Below are positions 29,540-42,858 of a stretch of DNA of 64,000 bases, one piece after another; positions within the stretch are counted from its first letter, which is position 1, and every line of letters begins with the position of its first letter. This DNA comes from Eledone cirrhosa (taxonomy: Eukaryota). The stretch is taken from assembly GCA_964016885.1 (NCBI GenBank), contig OZ024742.1, positions 39,122,001-39,186,000 of the forward strand, written 5' to 3'. The translations under genes and the position numbers were made by a program. The notes under the pieces were generated by a model. It searched no databases and had not been told where the DNA came from. It worked only from the letters and a program-made list of their open reading frames with translations.

Positions 29540-31320
29540 ACATTGGAAACAAAGGAAAAATCCTCAATAGGGGGAAGACCACCGAGGGTTACTCATTGAG
29601 AAAACCCACAAAAGCCACGGTGATACTGACCGCTAGGGAAACACCCTCTCCCATTTGTCCTACGTTTATACTAGTCATACGCTCAGGGCAAGTCGAAACA
29701 CACGGGCCATTCTAGCCTCTCTCACATACATTTCAACAAACTGGCTGAAAGGCAGCACTTCCCTCTCCACCCTAATTTTCATTTTCAGGTGAAACCTGAA
29801 AAAGTTAATGAGAGTCTCCAAAGAAGAAAATGCTCGTCTTCAACCCTTTCAGACCCGTCGACCACACGACCTCTTTCACTATGACCATCAGGCAGATAAA
29901 AACTGTCTTCCCTTTCTTGTTAAAGGAGAGCGATGGGGCAATCTTGATGATGGACTCAGCTGATAGCCGAATCCGTCCTACACGCAACAGCAGATGTCTG
30001 ACATAAACTCACAAGTCAGCGATACTCGGACACTGGACGACTGCGTGCAGGACGGTATCGTCGCCCCGCGCACATCTAGGACAGGCCCGGTTGACGGCAC
30101 TTCCATGCTTGTAAAGTGGCACTGGACCGAAAGTCCTCCCGAAGATAATAGCTAGTTAGCTTTCGTCGACACCCAGAGTTTAAGGGCAGTGAGCGCTTGA
30201 AGACATTCCAGTTTCCAAGCGCTATTTCTCGGTCTCCGCTTGATTGCAACTCCGTCAAGGAGACAAGCTGAGTTAATCTCCCGTTCTGCTACCAGTTACA
30301 GTAGACGGCTTCGAGGAGATCGGAAAACAAGTCTGGCATATCTACGTAAAACTCATAGGGCAAACCATCCAAGCCGAGCAATTTGCACTTCGTACAGTGG
30401 CTAGGGCTTCCAGAGTCTCGGCTGCTGTTATCGGCTTTTCACAACACTCCGCCTCTGTCGCCAAGAGTTGCGACAGGCCGTCGAGTTAGGAACTGAAGTC
30501 CGCCACCGTCTCCGACCCCCCACTCTCCCCGAACAGTCATGCAAAATGCTGGCGAAAAGCTGCACATATCTGCCTGGAATCGACCAGGACCCGTTCACCT
30601 CGGTTCGTCAAAGAAAGAATTATGGTTTTTGGGCCACGCGGCGCCTCTGTTCCCCTGACCGATCGAACAACTTTCATTCCTTCGATTCTTAGAGTACGTA
30701 ACTTAGCTCTGACAATGCAACCTTCGTCTCACATTGAAACCATTCTTTCCACAGGCACCTCGGTTGCAATGTCACTTCTAATCACCTCTTCTAATTTAAC
30801 AACGATTCTCCTCTTTTGTATTTTTGTCTATAGCTACTTCTTTACTAAACGCTATTGATTCTACTCTAATCTCTCTCGAGAGAAACCCATCACCTGTTGT
30901 TGACGACTCCTCCAGTCAAATTTCGCTTAACCGGTCTCAGCAGGCTTTATACGCCGAGAACGACTCCTTTCAGTAACTAGGTCCCTGTTCTATCTAGGTT
31001 GACTAAGCAAATCACGAATTTGTTGTCTAAATAGGCGACCGTTTGAAAATGTGGACACCCTATGCTATCCCTATTTGCTAACGTAATGAAAAACCTATCT
31101 ATATCGGATATAGATGACCCTATGCGGTTGGTCCAGTTTGACACGGGCACATTCGGGAAATCTAGTCGGTACCTGTCAGACAGTTGGAACTGCCTGATCA
31201 GGTTCTTGATGCTTTTGTACCCCCGCTTCTATCTGCTACACCCACACAATCTCAGCGTGCGTCCAAGATGCCGTTCCAGTCCACAGCTAATAATAAAGAG
31301 CGAGACGTTCCAGGCCAGCT
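29540..31320 (-). mobile_element. Tx1/L1-clade LINE, old and multiply deleted
   Basis: Collinear patches homologous to 9900-12670 (3' UTR, RVGRIRLSAESI, SPGLDG region, EN region). Confidence 0.85.
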
Positions 31321-31394
31321 CAGAGATACGAAGATCTCATAGTTGTCAAAAATTCATATTGATAAATACACACATCTATTACTTTATTATAATT

Positions 31395-31585
31395 TGTTTC
31401 TGATTCAGGCCATCGATTTGGGGGGGTGCGGAAAATCGATTAAATTGACCCCAGTGAGTCATTGGTACTTTATTTTATCGAACCCCTAAGGATAAGAGAC
31501 AAAGCTAACCTTAGAACGTAAAGGGCCGTAACTTTATGCCGCGGAGCATGGTCTCAAACGCTCTACTGATACTTCCAATACCCCG
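31395..31585 (-). mobile_element. tRNA-derived SINE (family A), diverged
   Basis: GTACTTTATTTTATCGA body and GGGCCGTAACT head segment. Confidence 0.75.
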
Positions 31586-31717
31586 ATAATGAAGTTAGTT
31601 CTCTCTTGAAGGACTAATTATAATTACTAACAGAGTTGAAACAATTATAGTTATGGAAGGCATGTTGAAATGTCATTCAGGAGGTCGTCTTTCATTGCGT
31701 GCTTATTGGTAGCATAT

Positions 31718-31749
<32 letters not shown>

Positions 31750-31782
31750 TGTATGTATGTATGTATGTATGTATGTATATAT

Positions 31783-32195
31783 CCGGGAGAGATGACCCCT
31801 TAGCCTTTGTCAAGGCAGAATTCTAGGAGAAGGAAAACTCTGATATAACACCTGCAACCCTGATGGTATCCAATGATGTTGACTTGTTCTTCTTTTTGGT
31901 AAATATCATCTTGGTTAAGAGAGTGGGACTGGCTTTGTGCAGTGCCTTTGCTCACTATAAAAGCTCCACGGCACAGGCATTGCTTTATATCTGGAGATCT
32001 CTCTGCACTTGTCATCACATGGTACCATGGGCCCAGCACTATGTGTCAATAATTGTCACAAGTGTAGTGTTTGTACCAGAGTTTTCAAGTCGCTGGCTGG
32101 ACTAAAAAGTCACACTCGTTCAGCGCATCGGTAGGGGTTCTCCTACATGGATATAAAGTAGTGGCCGTACTCGAAAACGAGTTGGCAGCCACCAT
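31783..32195 (+). mobile_element. Non-autonomous RTE-related element (family N1) with (TATG)n tail
   Basis: Near-identical to 15855-16263 and 6628-6985. Confidence 0.87.
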
Positions 32196-32276
32196 GTATG
32201 TATGTATGTATGTATGTATGTATGTATGTATGTATGTATGTATGTATGTATGTATGTATGTATGTATGTATGTATG

Positions 32277-34793
32277 TTCTTCTGGTTTTATAATTTCACA
32301 AAGTTTTACCAATAGAGAGAGAGTCGGTTTCTAACATAGACACAAGACTCTCTCATTGGAATTTACACAACATCAACTAGGTAGATATGTATGTATGCAT
32401 GCATGTGTAGATATGGATGTTATTGTATGTGTGGATGTGTATGTTTTGAGTTGTATGTGTGCATGTGTATATGCTTTGTATCTGTACATGTGTATATGCA
32501 GTTATTAGATGCAAAATCTTTGGAATGTTTTACATATTTTTACTGTTCCATTAATGGATTGTACTTGTAATTTCCTAACTAGTTGTGTTCTTTCTGTTCC
32601 TGTGAAGCCTAGCTTCTCAAGATTTGTATTGAGGCAGTTACTAACATATCTCAGTGCCCCGATAATCACAGGCATAAATCTGAAGGTGTAATCAGGGTGG
32701 AGTATCTGCAGATTTCTCATCAGTTCTGCATAAATATTCTCCTTTTCACTAATCTTTGATATTATATTGGCATCTGCTGGGCAGCTAATTTCCACTACTG
32801 TGCATGTTTTCTTCTCCCTGTCCCATATCATAATATCTGGTCTGTTATGCCTGCATTTTATTGGGGTTTTTACTGGAACATTCCACCAGTACTCTTTCAT
32901 ATTATGTATATATGGAGGTCTTCCACATTGTTGTAGCTTTTAATGTGTTTATTATCGGGGCTATCTTTTTTACGAACTGCATTGTACAGTGTTTTGGCCA
33001 CTACATCATGCCTCATAGGTAGATAGTACCGCGATGACATCTTTGGGCAGCTGATGATGACATGGGTGATATCCTCGATGTTAGTTCTGCAGAGTCTGCA
33101 CTTGTTATCACATCTAGGTGTTTTGCCTGCTTCCCTATCTCTTTTGTGAATCAGGTATTTCGTGCTAATCTCCTGTTCTTGGATTGCAAAAGCGTATCCT
33201 TCAAAGTGGGAGCCAATATAGTGGTTGTTGGTCCAAGATAGACTACTTTCCTTATCTATATTACTCTCACTTTGGAGCTTCCTGGCAACATATCCATGCA
33301 TGATTTTTTGCTGATAGGCATGCAGTTTTTCATCCATGGATTCACTGCGATACTGCTGAGCGACATCCCTGGGTGTGAGTTTTTGATTATCACACAGGGA
33401 ATATCTCTCAAGGAGTTCCTTCCCAACTCTCATGATCTTATCTGTTTCATGCAGATAGACTTGATCGAGAAGCGGGCTCCTACGCTTCGAGGTTCGTAGA
33501 TGTTGTCGGAGAGATATGATGCGACATTCAAATGTTCTCTGGACTGATGTTATGCCTCTGCCTCCCTGCTTACGTTTCAAGTAAAGGCGGTCTATGTCAC
33601 TGTTGATGTGGAAGTTTCCGGTGTTGTTCAGTATTTTTCGAGTTCCAACATCAACTGCTCGGATTTCGTCTATCGTCCAATTGAGTATTCCAAACGTTGG
33701 TGTTAGGACAGGCACAGCAAACACATTGTGAGCCACTGTTTTGTTTTGCGCAGAGAGTTCCGATGACCAGATCTTTCTTAATCGGGTGTAGTATTCCCTG
33801 GTTACGCGTTCTTTATTACAGATACCATTATAGGATATGTTCTCATCTATCCCCAGGTATCTGTAGCAGTCCTCATCAGATATCGGTGAAACAGTTAGAC
33901 CATGATGACAATGTTGCTAGATTGGGTTGTTGTTTCCCCCCGCTTTACAGTCATGTATGAGCATTTATCCTGGCCAAACTCCATTCCTATATCCTTTGAG
34001 AACGTTGTAACCAGGTCACGATTTTTCTTCATCCCATCCATGTTCTTGGCATAGAGTTTCAGATCGTCCACAAAGAAGTTATGGGTTAGGTTCGTATTTC
34101 TGTCCTCCTGTGAGCCAATGATGTATCCCTCACATTTCTTGAGCAGAAAGGACAAGGGGTTTAATGACAAGATGAACAATATCACTGAGAGACTGTCCCC
34201 TTGAAATATACCCCTGCAATATTTTATTTTATCAGTGAAAATAGAGTCCTCCCTCTCTGTCTTTAACCTTAGGATAGTAGCCCAAGAAGAAGACAGCCTC
34301 TTTATGGCTCTGACAATAATGTCTGGGACTTTAGCAAGTTGGAGGGCCTCTATCATCCAAGAGTGGGGAACAGAATCGAAAGCTTTCTTGTAGTCCAGCC
34401 AGACTGTAGTCATATTCCTCCTAAGTTGTCGCACCTCCGACATCGCAGTTTTGTTGATTAGGAGTTGTTCAGCACATCCACAAACCCTTTTCTTTCCAGC
34501 TGCTTGTTCATCTGTGATGATGTTATTATTTTCACAGTGATCTTGGAGGAATAGGTTCAGGCAGGTTGTATACATCTTATACATCAGGTTCTGGCATGCA
34601 ATGGGTCGGTAGTTCTTTGCTAAGTGGGTGTCTTTGTTCTTGGGGACCACTAACGTTTGTGCTAATGTCAACCATTCTGGTATAAGTGTATCTCCCTTAA
34701 GAACTTGTTGGTAGAGGTCAGTAAGATACCTCCGATAGAATATCAGTTTTTTTTACCAGTAGCCGACAATCATGTCTCTTCCTGGTGTTTTCT
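32277..34793 (-). mobile_element. R4/Dong-like LINE (RT + CCHC + restriction-like endonuclease), 5'-truncated and frameshifted
   Basis: NYRPIAC, LDYKKAFDSVPH, RGIFQGDSLS, FFVDDLKLY; CRLC..EDITHVIISC; RHD; NRPDIMIWD...VVEISCP (PD-E nuclease); (TATG)n on both sides. Confidence 0.9.
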
Positions 34794-34871
34794 TATGTAT
34801 GTATGTATGTATGTATGTATGTATGTATGTATGTATGTATGTATGTATGTATGTATGTATGTATGTATATG

Positions 34872-35201
34872 TGCGGGGACATAGAAATAATCGGGCTGGA
34901 CACCCGATCGCACGGTTAAACCAGTGGGAGTGAAGGACCCCTAGCCTTTGTCAGGGCATTCTTCTAAGATACGGCAACTTAGGAAACTGGGATAACTCCG
35001 ACATAAAACCTGTTGATCTTTTCTTCTTTTCGGATTTTAGCTACTGTCGCTCAGAGAGTGGGATTGGCTCAGTGCACAGTCTTTCCTCACTTTAAAACAA
35101 ATCTTCACGCACAGGCATTGCACGATAGCATTAATTGATAATCATTAATAATGGTATATCGTGCAATGGCCATACTCGATAACGCGGGGGCAGCCATCAT
35201 G
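34872..35201 (+). mobile_element. Non-autonomous bipartite derivative of the RTE at 743 (family N2)
   Basis: 34872-35125 matches the RTE 5' UTR at 745-1020, joined to a short 3' end GCCATACTCG..GGCAGCCATCATG(TATG)n. Confidence 0.85.
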
Positions 35202-35229
35202 TATGTATGAATGTATGTATGTTTGTATG

Positions 35230-35742
35230 TATGTATGAATGTACTGGGTTACATGTTATCAGTAGCACTCATGGTCGGGTCATCGGCGATTAAACCGGCA
35301 AACGCATCAAGCTTGCTTGGTGAGGAGGGTGATATTTGGACACCGTGCGGGATGAAATACAAGACCCGGCGAAGGATGGAGAAACTCAGCAGAGTCAACG
35401 GCCATCCAAATAGAACTTTTTTTTTTCACCTGAGAGTGAAAGGCCCCCAGTTGTTGTCACAACACCTTTCTAAGAGAGGGAAACTGAAAAAAAAAACCTG
35501 CGGCTTCGGAAGCATCCAATGATGTTGACCAGTTCTCCTTTTCGGGTAGTATTTTCGATGCTCAGAGAGTGGGATTAGTCGAGTGCAAAGCCTTTCCCCA
35601 CTTAAAAACCCTTCGAAGTATAGGGATTGCTTATTCAGGTTATATTACAGGTTCATGTGGCTGGCTGTAGCTTAAAGGTGCACCATTTTCTCTAATCTGA
35701 CAAGCGATTGCAATACTCTTAGCAGAGTTTGCAGTCATCATG
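35230..35742 (+). mobile_element. Non-autonomous RTE-related element (family N3)
   Basis: Shares AAACCTGCGGCT, GATGTTGA and CTCAGAGAGTGGGATT blocks with the RTE UTR; ends GCAGTCATCATG(TATG). Confidence 0.7.
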
Positions 35743-36059
35743 TATGCATGTATGTATGTATGTGTGTGTCTCGTACTCCGACACCTACACGCGCACATAC
35801 ATACATAATTTTATTGGTTTAAGTCAATAGACTGTGACCATGCAGGGGCACTGCTTTGAAAATAGAAATCTATAGCTTCCTAAATATAAGTTCAGCTGGC
35901 CCCTTACGAGGCATCTTCTCATCGAATCTTTCTTTAATTATTTATTAATAGGGGCTCCAGCACTTTGACGAAAAGCAAGAACAAAACGCACCGCTCATCC
36001 AGGAATCAAGCCCACAAACTTATGATCCTGAGTCCAATCCTTCAACCACAAATAATATA

Positions 36060-36138
<79 letters not shown>

Positions 36139-36286
36139 GTACAGCATATTCGAAGTTCGATCAGCAGCTAAGCCAACGAATGCCTTCAGCAGTGCAGCCA
36201 AGCACTCGACGAGGAATAGATCTCAGAGGGCTTTGCAAATTGAAAATAGCGACCGCTAATTCAGCCGCGTGATCTGTAGCAACAAA

Positions 36287-37035
<749 letters not shown>

Positions 37036-37106
37036 ATATATATATGTATATATATATATGTATATGTATATGTATATATGTATATATATATATATATGTA
37101 TATATG

Positions 37107-37200
<94 letters not shown>

Positions 37201-37394
37201 TATATGTAATTTAATACAATAACAGAGATAGCTTAAAGCTAAACTCCGACTGGTAACCATCTCACTCAACAAACATTAGGTTATATGTTAGTATAAACCC
37301 AATTTAAGTGTTTGGGGTGCTAACTATATGTATTATGTGGAAAGCCAGTTGTATTATTTTATGAGATATAATTAAAGTTAAAATATATCTCTCT

Positions 37395-37519
37395 TTCCAA
37401 ACAATTGTTTCATTATAAGTTTTCTACAAATTAGGAGAATGTTTCCAGTTTATGTAGAAGCCTAACATATATTCATGTAAGAATATATTTAGGTGGGCGT
37501 TTATAAATCATCAGTGGAA
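37395..37519 (-). ncRNA. Hammerhead ribozyme candidate with extended branched stem II (family H3)
   Basis: TTCCA-CTGATGA-[96 nt]-GAAA-CAATTG-TT-TGGAA. Confidence 0.6.
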
Positions 37520-38381
37520 GCCCATTAAACTTTGATATAAGAAAAAATTCTTACCGCAGTTAAAAATCGTGTCTCCTAAGCTGCTCCCTCACGCATCGAA
37601 TGACCGCCAAATTTGAAATTCCATCAGTTTTTGACTGAGGAAGTATTATAGCGTCACGAAGCGGGAAGGGGAGACAACCAATACACGAGAAAAGAAAAAA
37701 TAATATTCACGCGGGTTAATTAGTTTTTTCAAAAACATTATCAATCCAACGTGTTAAGAACTCAATTGAAATTAAAAAAATAAATGCATGCGTGTATTAA
37801 TTACACACGCATATAGATATTTTCTTAGGCTAAAAACAGAAGTTGTACCCGAATAACAAACCGCATTTCATAACCGTAGTAAATACGGAAAGTTACGCTT
37901 TAAAGGGCAATCGGGAATGTAAATCTCTGGCCGAATTAAGAGTAAAATATTAAATATACGCGGGTTAATTAGTTATTTCAAAACTAATATCAATTCCACG
38001 TGTTAAGAACTCAATTAATTAAAAAAAATAAAAGTATGCATGTAATTATTTACACAGGCATATATATATTTTCTTAGGCTAAAAACAGAGAAGTGACAAC
38101 CAAAAAACCATCATATCGCACAACAGTAATAAATACGGAAAGTCATATTTATAAGGTACCTGGAAATAAAACCTCTGGCCAATCAAGAGTAAAATATTTA
38201 ATACAATAACAGAGATAGCTTAAAGCTAAACTTCGAGTGGTAACCATCTCACTCAACAAACATTAGGTTATATGTTAGTATAAACCCAATTTAAGTGTTT
38301 GGGGTGCTAACTATATGTATTATGTGGAAAGCCAGTTGTATTATTTTATGAGATATAATTAAAGTTAAAATATATCTCTCT

Positions 38382-38506
38382 TTCCAAACAATTGTTTCAT
38401 TATAAGTTTTCTACAAATTAGGAGAATGTTTCCAGTTTATGTAGAAGCCTAACATATATTCATATAAGAATATATTTAGGTGGGCGCTTATAAATCATCA
38501 GTGGAA
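38382..38506 (-). ncRNA. Hammerhead ribozyme candidate with extended branched stem II (family H3, second copy)
   Basis: Same motif; basal stem II TTATAAG/CTTATAA is a perfect 7 bp in this copy. Confidence 0.62.
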
Positions 38507-38570
38507 GCCCATTAAAAAATATATATGTATATATATATATGTATATATCTATATATATGTATATATATAT

Positions 38571-38629
<59 letters not shown>

Positions 38630-38666
38630 CATATATATATATACATATATATATATACATATATAA

Positions 38667-38753
<87 letters not shown>

Positions 38754-38847
38754 TATATATAATATATATAACGAAGGAAGAGTAGTAAGGAACCAGGTGG
38801 ACCATAAGGCACCAGAGCACTCGATACTTTGGGTAGTAGAGTTGGTA

Positions 38848-38962
38848 ATAGGAAAAGAGTCAGGATCCCGACGGCAGAGCTCAAGCCGTTTCGACGGCTA
38901 TTTCTGGACTCCAGAAATAGCCGTCTTGAGCTCTGCCGTCGGGGTCCTGACTCTTTTCCTAT
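38848..38962. repeat. Near-perfect GC-rich hairpin (about 54-bp arms)
   Basis: TAGGAAAAGAGTCAGGATCCCGACGGCAGAGCTCAAG..GACGGCTATTTCTGGA followed directly by its reverse complement. Confidence 0.9.
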
Positions 38963-39179
38963 ATATATATAAAATTGAAAAAGTGGAGAATAACATGGAA
39001 AACAGTACAACAAAGGAGATTTATTTACAGTCTAACAATTGTTTCACTGATAGAGTTGTCTAAAAATGACTAAACACTGAAAGTAGGGCCACTCAATTTA
39101 AAATACTTGTTAGCTCCATCATATCCTCAGAGACTGAGAGAAAATAAATAAATAAATATATATATATATATATATATGC

Positions 39180-39251
<72 letters not shown>

Positions 39252-39619
39252 TATATATATATATATATATCGTATATATATTCATAACTTTAATCTTTAC
39301 ATACAAAATATATATCGATTATGTTTCTCAAAAAAAACCAAAAAAACTCAATGAACATTACACTCAGAGCATCAATTATACAAATTTAAACGATATATAA
39401 TTTTTTTCATATATCAAGTTGAGGTGCTAGTAGTATTACGTAGACATATATAAACACAAACAATAAATATACTAAGATAGAATCTAGCCAAAATCACTTA
39501 AAGCTATATATAGTAGGTCAAACATATTTGTAATTATTTATTGAGCATATTGACTTTAGGCAGTATATCTCTGTAGTATATTTATGTGTGTTTGTGTGTG
39601 TATGTGTATGTGTATGTGA

Positions 39620-39790
39620 GCTCGCAGCAGAGAAAGGGGGCATAGCTCCCCAGCGGAAGCTACCCCCCATTTGGTCCTGCAGTACAGCACGTGTTAGTGG
39701 AGCCCGTATTGCACTTTTCAAGCATGTGTGCACATCGCCGGCTGTCATGAAGACAAACATCACCGTCGACTTCGACAGACTACAAAGAAA
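39620..39790 (+). mobile_element. RTE-type LINE extreme 3' fragment (decayed C2H2 finger)
   Basis: CSTARVSGARIALFKHV resembles CxxCxRxCxSRIGLFSH; ends CATCACCGTCGACTTCGACAGACTACAAAG. Confidence 0.5.
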
Positions 39791-39999
39791 TGTTTATGTG
39801 TGTATGTGTGTATGTATGTGTGTATGTGTATGTGTGTATGTAGGTGTGTGTGTTTTGTATGTGTGCCACATATGTATCTAAACGGCAAGTGCTCAGCCGT
39901 TGGGCCCCGACCCATTTCTAATATAGCCCCACTCTACTCCCAAGTATTGAGTACTCTGCTGAATAATGGTCTTACTAGTTTAATACTGGTTTAATCCAA

Positions 40000-40115
<116 letters not shown>

Positions 40116-40123
40116 TATATATA

Positions 40124-40195
<72 letters not shown>

Positions 40196-40199
<4 letters not shown>

Positions 40200-41267
40200 C
40201 AACTAGAAATTGATTAACATATAAATAAACATATGAAACAATCACAGGGGATAATTTGTACAAGTGTGTAAGCACACATAACCAGGTAGGTAACTAAATA
40301 AAGTTAACTAGAACTTCAAAAATAGATACCTTATAATATGATTAATCTTCCTTGTATATATTCCATTAAAGAAATATATTTCACCAATTAATCGATTGGT
40401 AAACAACAGTGGCCAGTACTTGGATTCTCAACAAGGAAGGAGTCCAGCGATCTGTGTTTAGGCATTAAGTTCAAATCAGCGACTGGCCAGTAACACGTGC
40501 TGTATCTACTAAAAATACACAGATCATACCAGCTTCGTCCCAGTGGCGTGAATAGGGTTATCGACAACTAGAAACAGCAGTCAAGTCCTTTCAACAGAGT
40601 TAGCTCTACAATTAAGGAGCCGTATTTATATATATATATATCCAAAATTAAGATAAATCAAAATGAATTTAATCTAAATCAAATTATGGATCTCATGCCA
40701 GAAACTCATGCGCCATATCACCCGTAAAATAAGCTCTAACATTCTAATGAATAGGTCCGAGCATTTTATAACAACTAGAAATTGATTAACATATAAATAA
40801 ACATATGAAACAATCACAGGGGATAATTTGTACAAGTGTGTAAGCACACATAGCTAGGTAGGTAACTAAATAAAGTTAACTAGAACTTCAAAAATAGATA
40901 CCTTATAAGATGATTAATCTTCCTTGTATATATTCCATTCAAGAAATATATTTCATCAATTAATCGATTGGAATATATACAAGGAAGATTAATCATCTTA
41001 TAAGGTATCTAATTTTGAAGTTCTAGTTAACTTTATTTAGTTACCTACCTAGCTATGTGTGCTTACACACTTGTACAATTATCCCCCGTGATTGTTTCAT
41101 ATCTTTATTTATATTTTAATCAATTTCTAGTTGTTATAAAATGCTCGGACCTATTCATTAGAATCTTAGAGTTTATTATACGGGTGATATGGCGCATGAG
41201 TTTCTGGCATGACACCCATAATTTGATTTAGATTAAATTCATTTTGATTTATCTTAATTTTGGATAT
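40196..41267. repeat. About 572-bp direct repeat followed by an inverted copy (Penelope-like arrangement)
   Basis: 40196-40399 recurs at 40768-40971; 40969-41267 is the reverse complement of about 40635-40937. Confidence 0.85.
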
Positions 41268-41364
41268 ATGTTGTAGCTCTGGTTCGTTAGAATCTATTGA
41301 GCACTTGCCACACATCTCGGAAGTTGTTTTTCGCTAATTTCCAATAGCCGAAATACGATTCTCG

Positions 41365-41424
<60 letters not shown>

Positions 41425-41470
41425 TGTGTGTGTGTTTGTGTGTGAGTGTGTGTATGAATATACACATATT

Positions 41471-41519
<49 letters not shown>

Positions 41520-41683
41520 TTGCTGGGTTATAGTCCACTCACTAAGTATTAGTCAAACTGAAGCTAAAGTAAAACGAAACCGATGTGCCGCCCAATGGAA
41601 TTACGAAGCAGCATACACGTGGTTGTGAAGGGAATTTCTTAAGTACACACCCACGTTTGCACCCCTATCTATCTCTCTATATG

Positions 41684-41753
<70 letters not shown>

Positions 41754-41843
41754 GTTGTATTATAATCCTTTTCCCCTTCAGTTTGGCAGTTGCGATTCGT
41801 TACAATTGAGGTTATTCTCTTCATAATACTTACACACACACAG

Positions 41844-41879
<36 letters not shown>

Positions 41880-41992
41880 ACACACATACACATACACACA
41901 CACATACACACATACACACATACGCACACACATATATTCATATGAATGTTTATATGCATGCATGTAAGGATGTAAGGATGTATGTATATGTA

Positions 41993-42037
<45 letters not shown>

Positions 42038-42129
42038 GGCAGAGTCAACTTGACTTTCCTGAAAAAAACAACAAACGTAAATATAAACAAGAAAATAATC
42101 TAAGTATTTGAAACACCTTCAAGATATTA

Positions 42130-42285
42130 GCATCATCATCATCATTAACATCATCACCATCATCATCATCGTCATCATCGTCATCATCGTCATCATCAAC
42201 ATCATCACCATCACCATCACCATCACCATCATCATCAACATCATCACCATCACCATCACCATCATCATCATCATCACCATCTCCA
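42130..42285. repeat. (CAT/CAC)n triplet repeat
   Basis: Direct reading. Confidence 0.95.
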
Positions 42286-42385
42286 TCTCAGCCTATTTAA
42301 CTCTATTTCACTATAGAGATACTTCCCTCCTTCTAGTCAACACCCCACCCCATCTTTCTTTTGTTTTGTTTCAGTTCCTATGGTA

Positions 42386-42812
42386 GTCGGACGCCATGCT
42401 TTCCAGCATAGAGTTGCGTCCCTTTATGATCTGATTTCAAATCCCGCCGAGGTTAACCAGTGCATTACTGGTACTTTATTTTATCGACCCCGTGAGGATG
42501 AAAGGCAAAGTTAACCTCGGTGTGATTTGAAATTAGACCTTAAAGGGACGTAATTCTACGCTGGAAAGCATGGCGTCCGACCCTCTATCGATACTGCCAA
42601 TCCACCGCCCTATACATATGTATATAATTGTTTCTACTTTTGGTACAAGGCCAGCAATTACCCAGTGCATTACTGGTACTTTATTTTATCGACCCCGTAA
42701 GGATAAAAGGCAAAGTTAACTTCGGCGGGATCTGAACTCAGAATGGAAAGGGCCGTAACTCTATACGTCAAAGCATGACGTCCGACCCTCTACCGATACT
42801 GCCAATTCACCA
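42386..42812 (-). mobile_element. Two tandem family-A SINEs, the first preceded by an inverted copy of its own head
   Basis: SINEs at 42458-42610 and 42628-42812; 42386-42457 is inverted relative to 42510-42581. Confidence 0.85.
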
Positions 42813-42858
42813 TATAATAGACGTAAAACGGTGATGATATATATATATATATATATAC

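Larger units (their letters stand above)
37209..38516 (-). mobile_element. Non-coding LTR-like element (retrozyme/Penelope pseudo-LTR type) with two 321-bp direct repeats
   Basis: 37209-37529 is nearly identical to 38196-38516 (offset 987); internal diverged tandem of about 249 bp (37709 and 37958); (TA)n on both sides; each repeat carries a hammerhead core. Confidence 0.8.
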
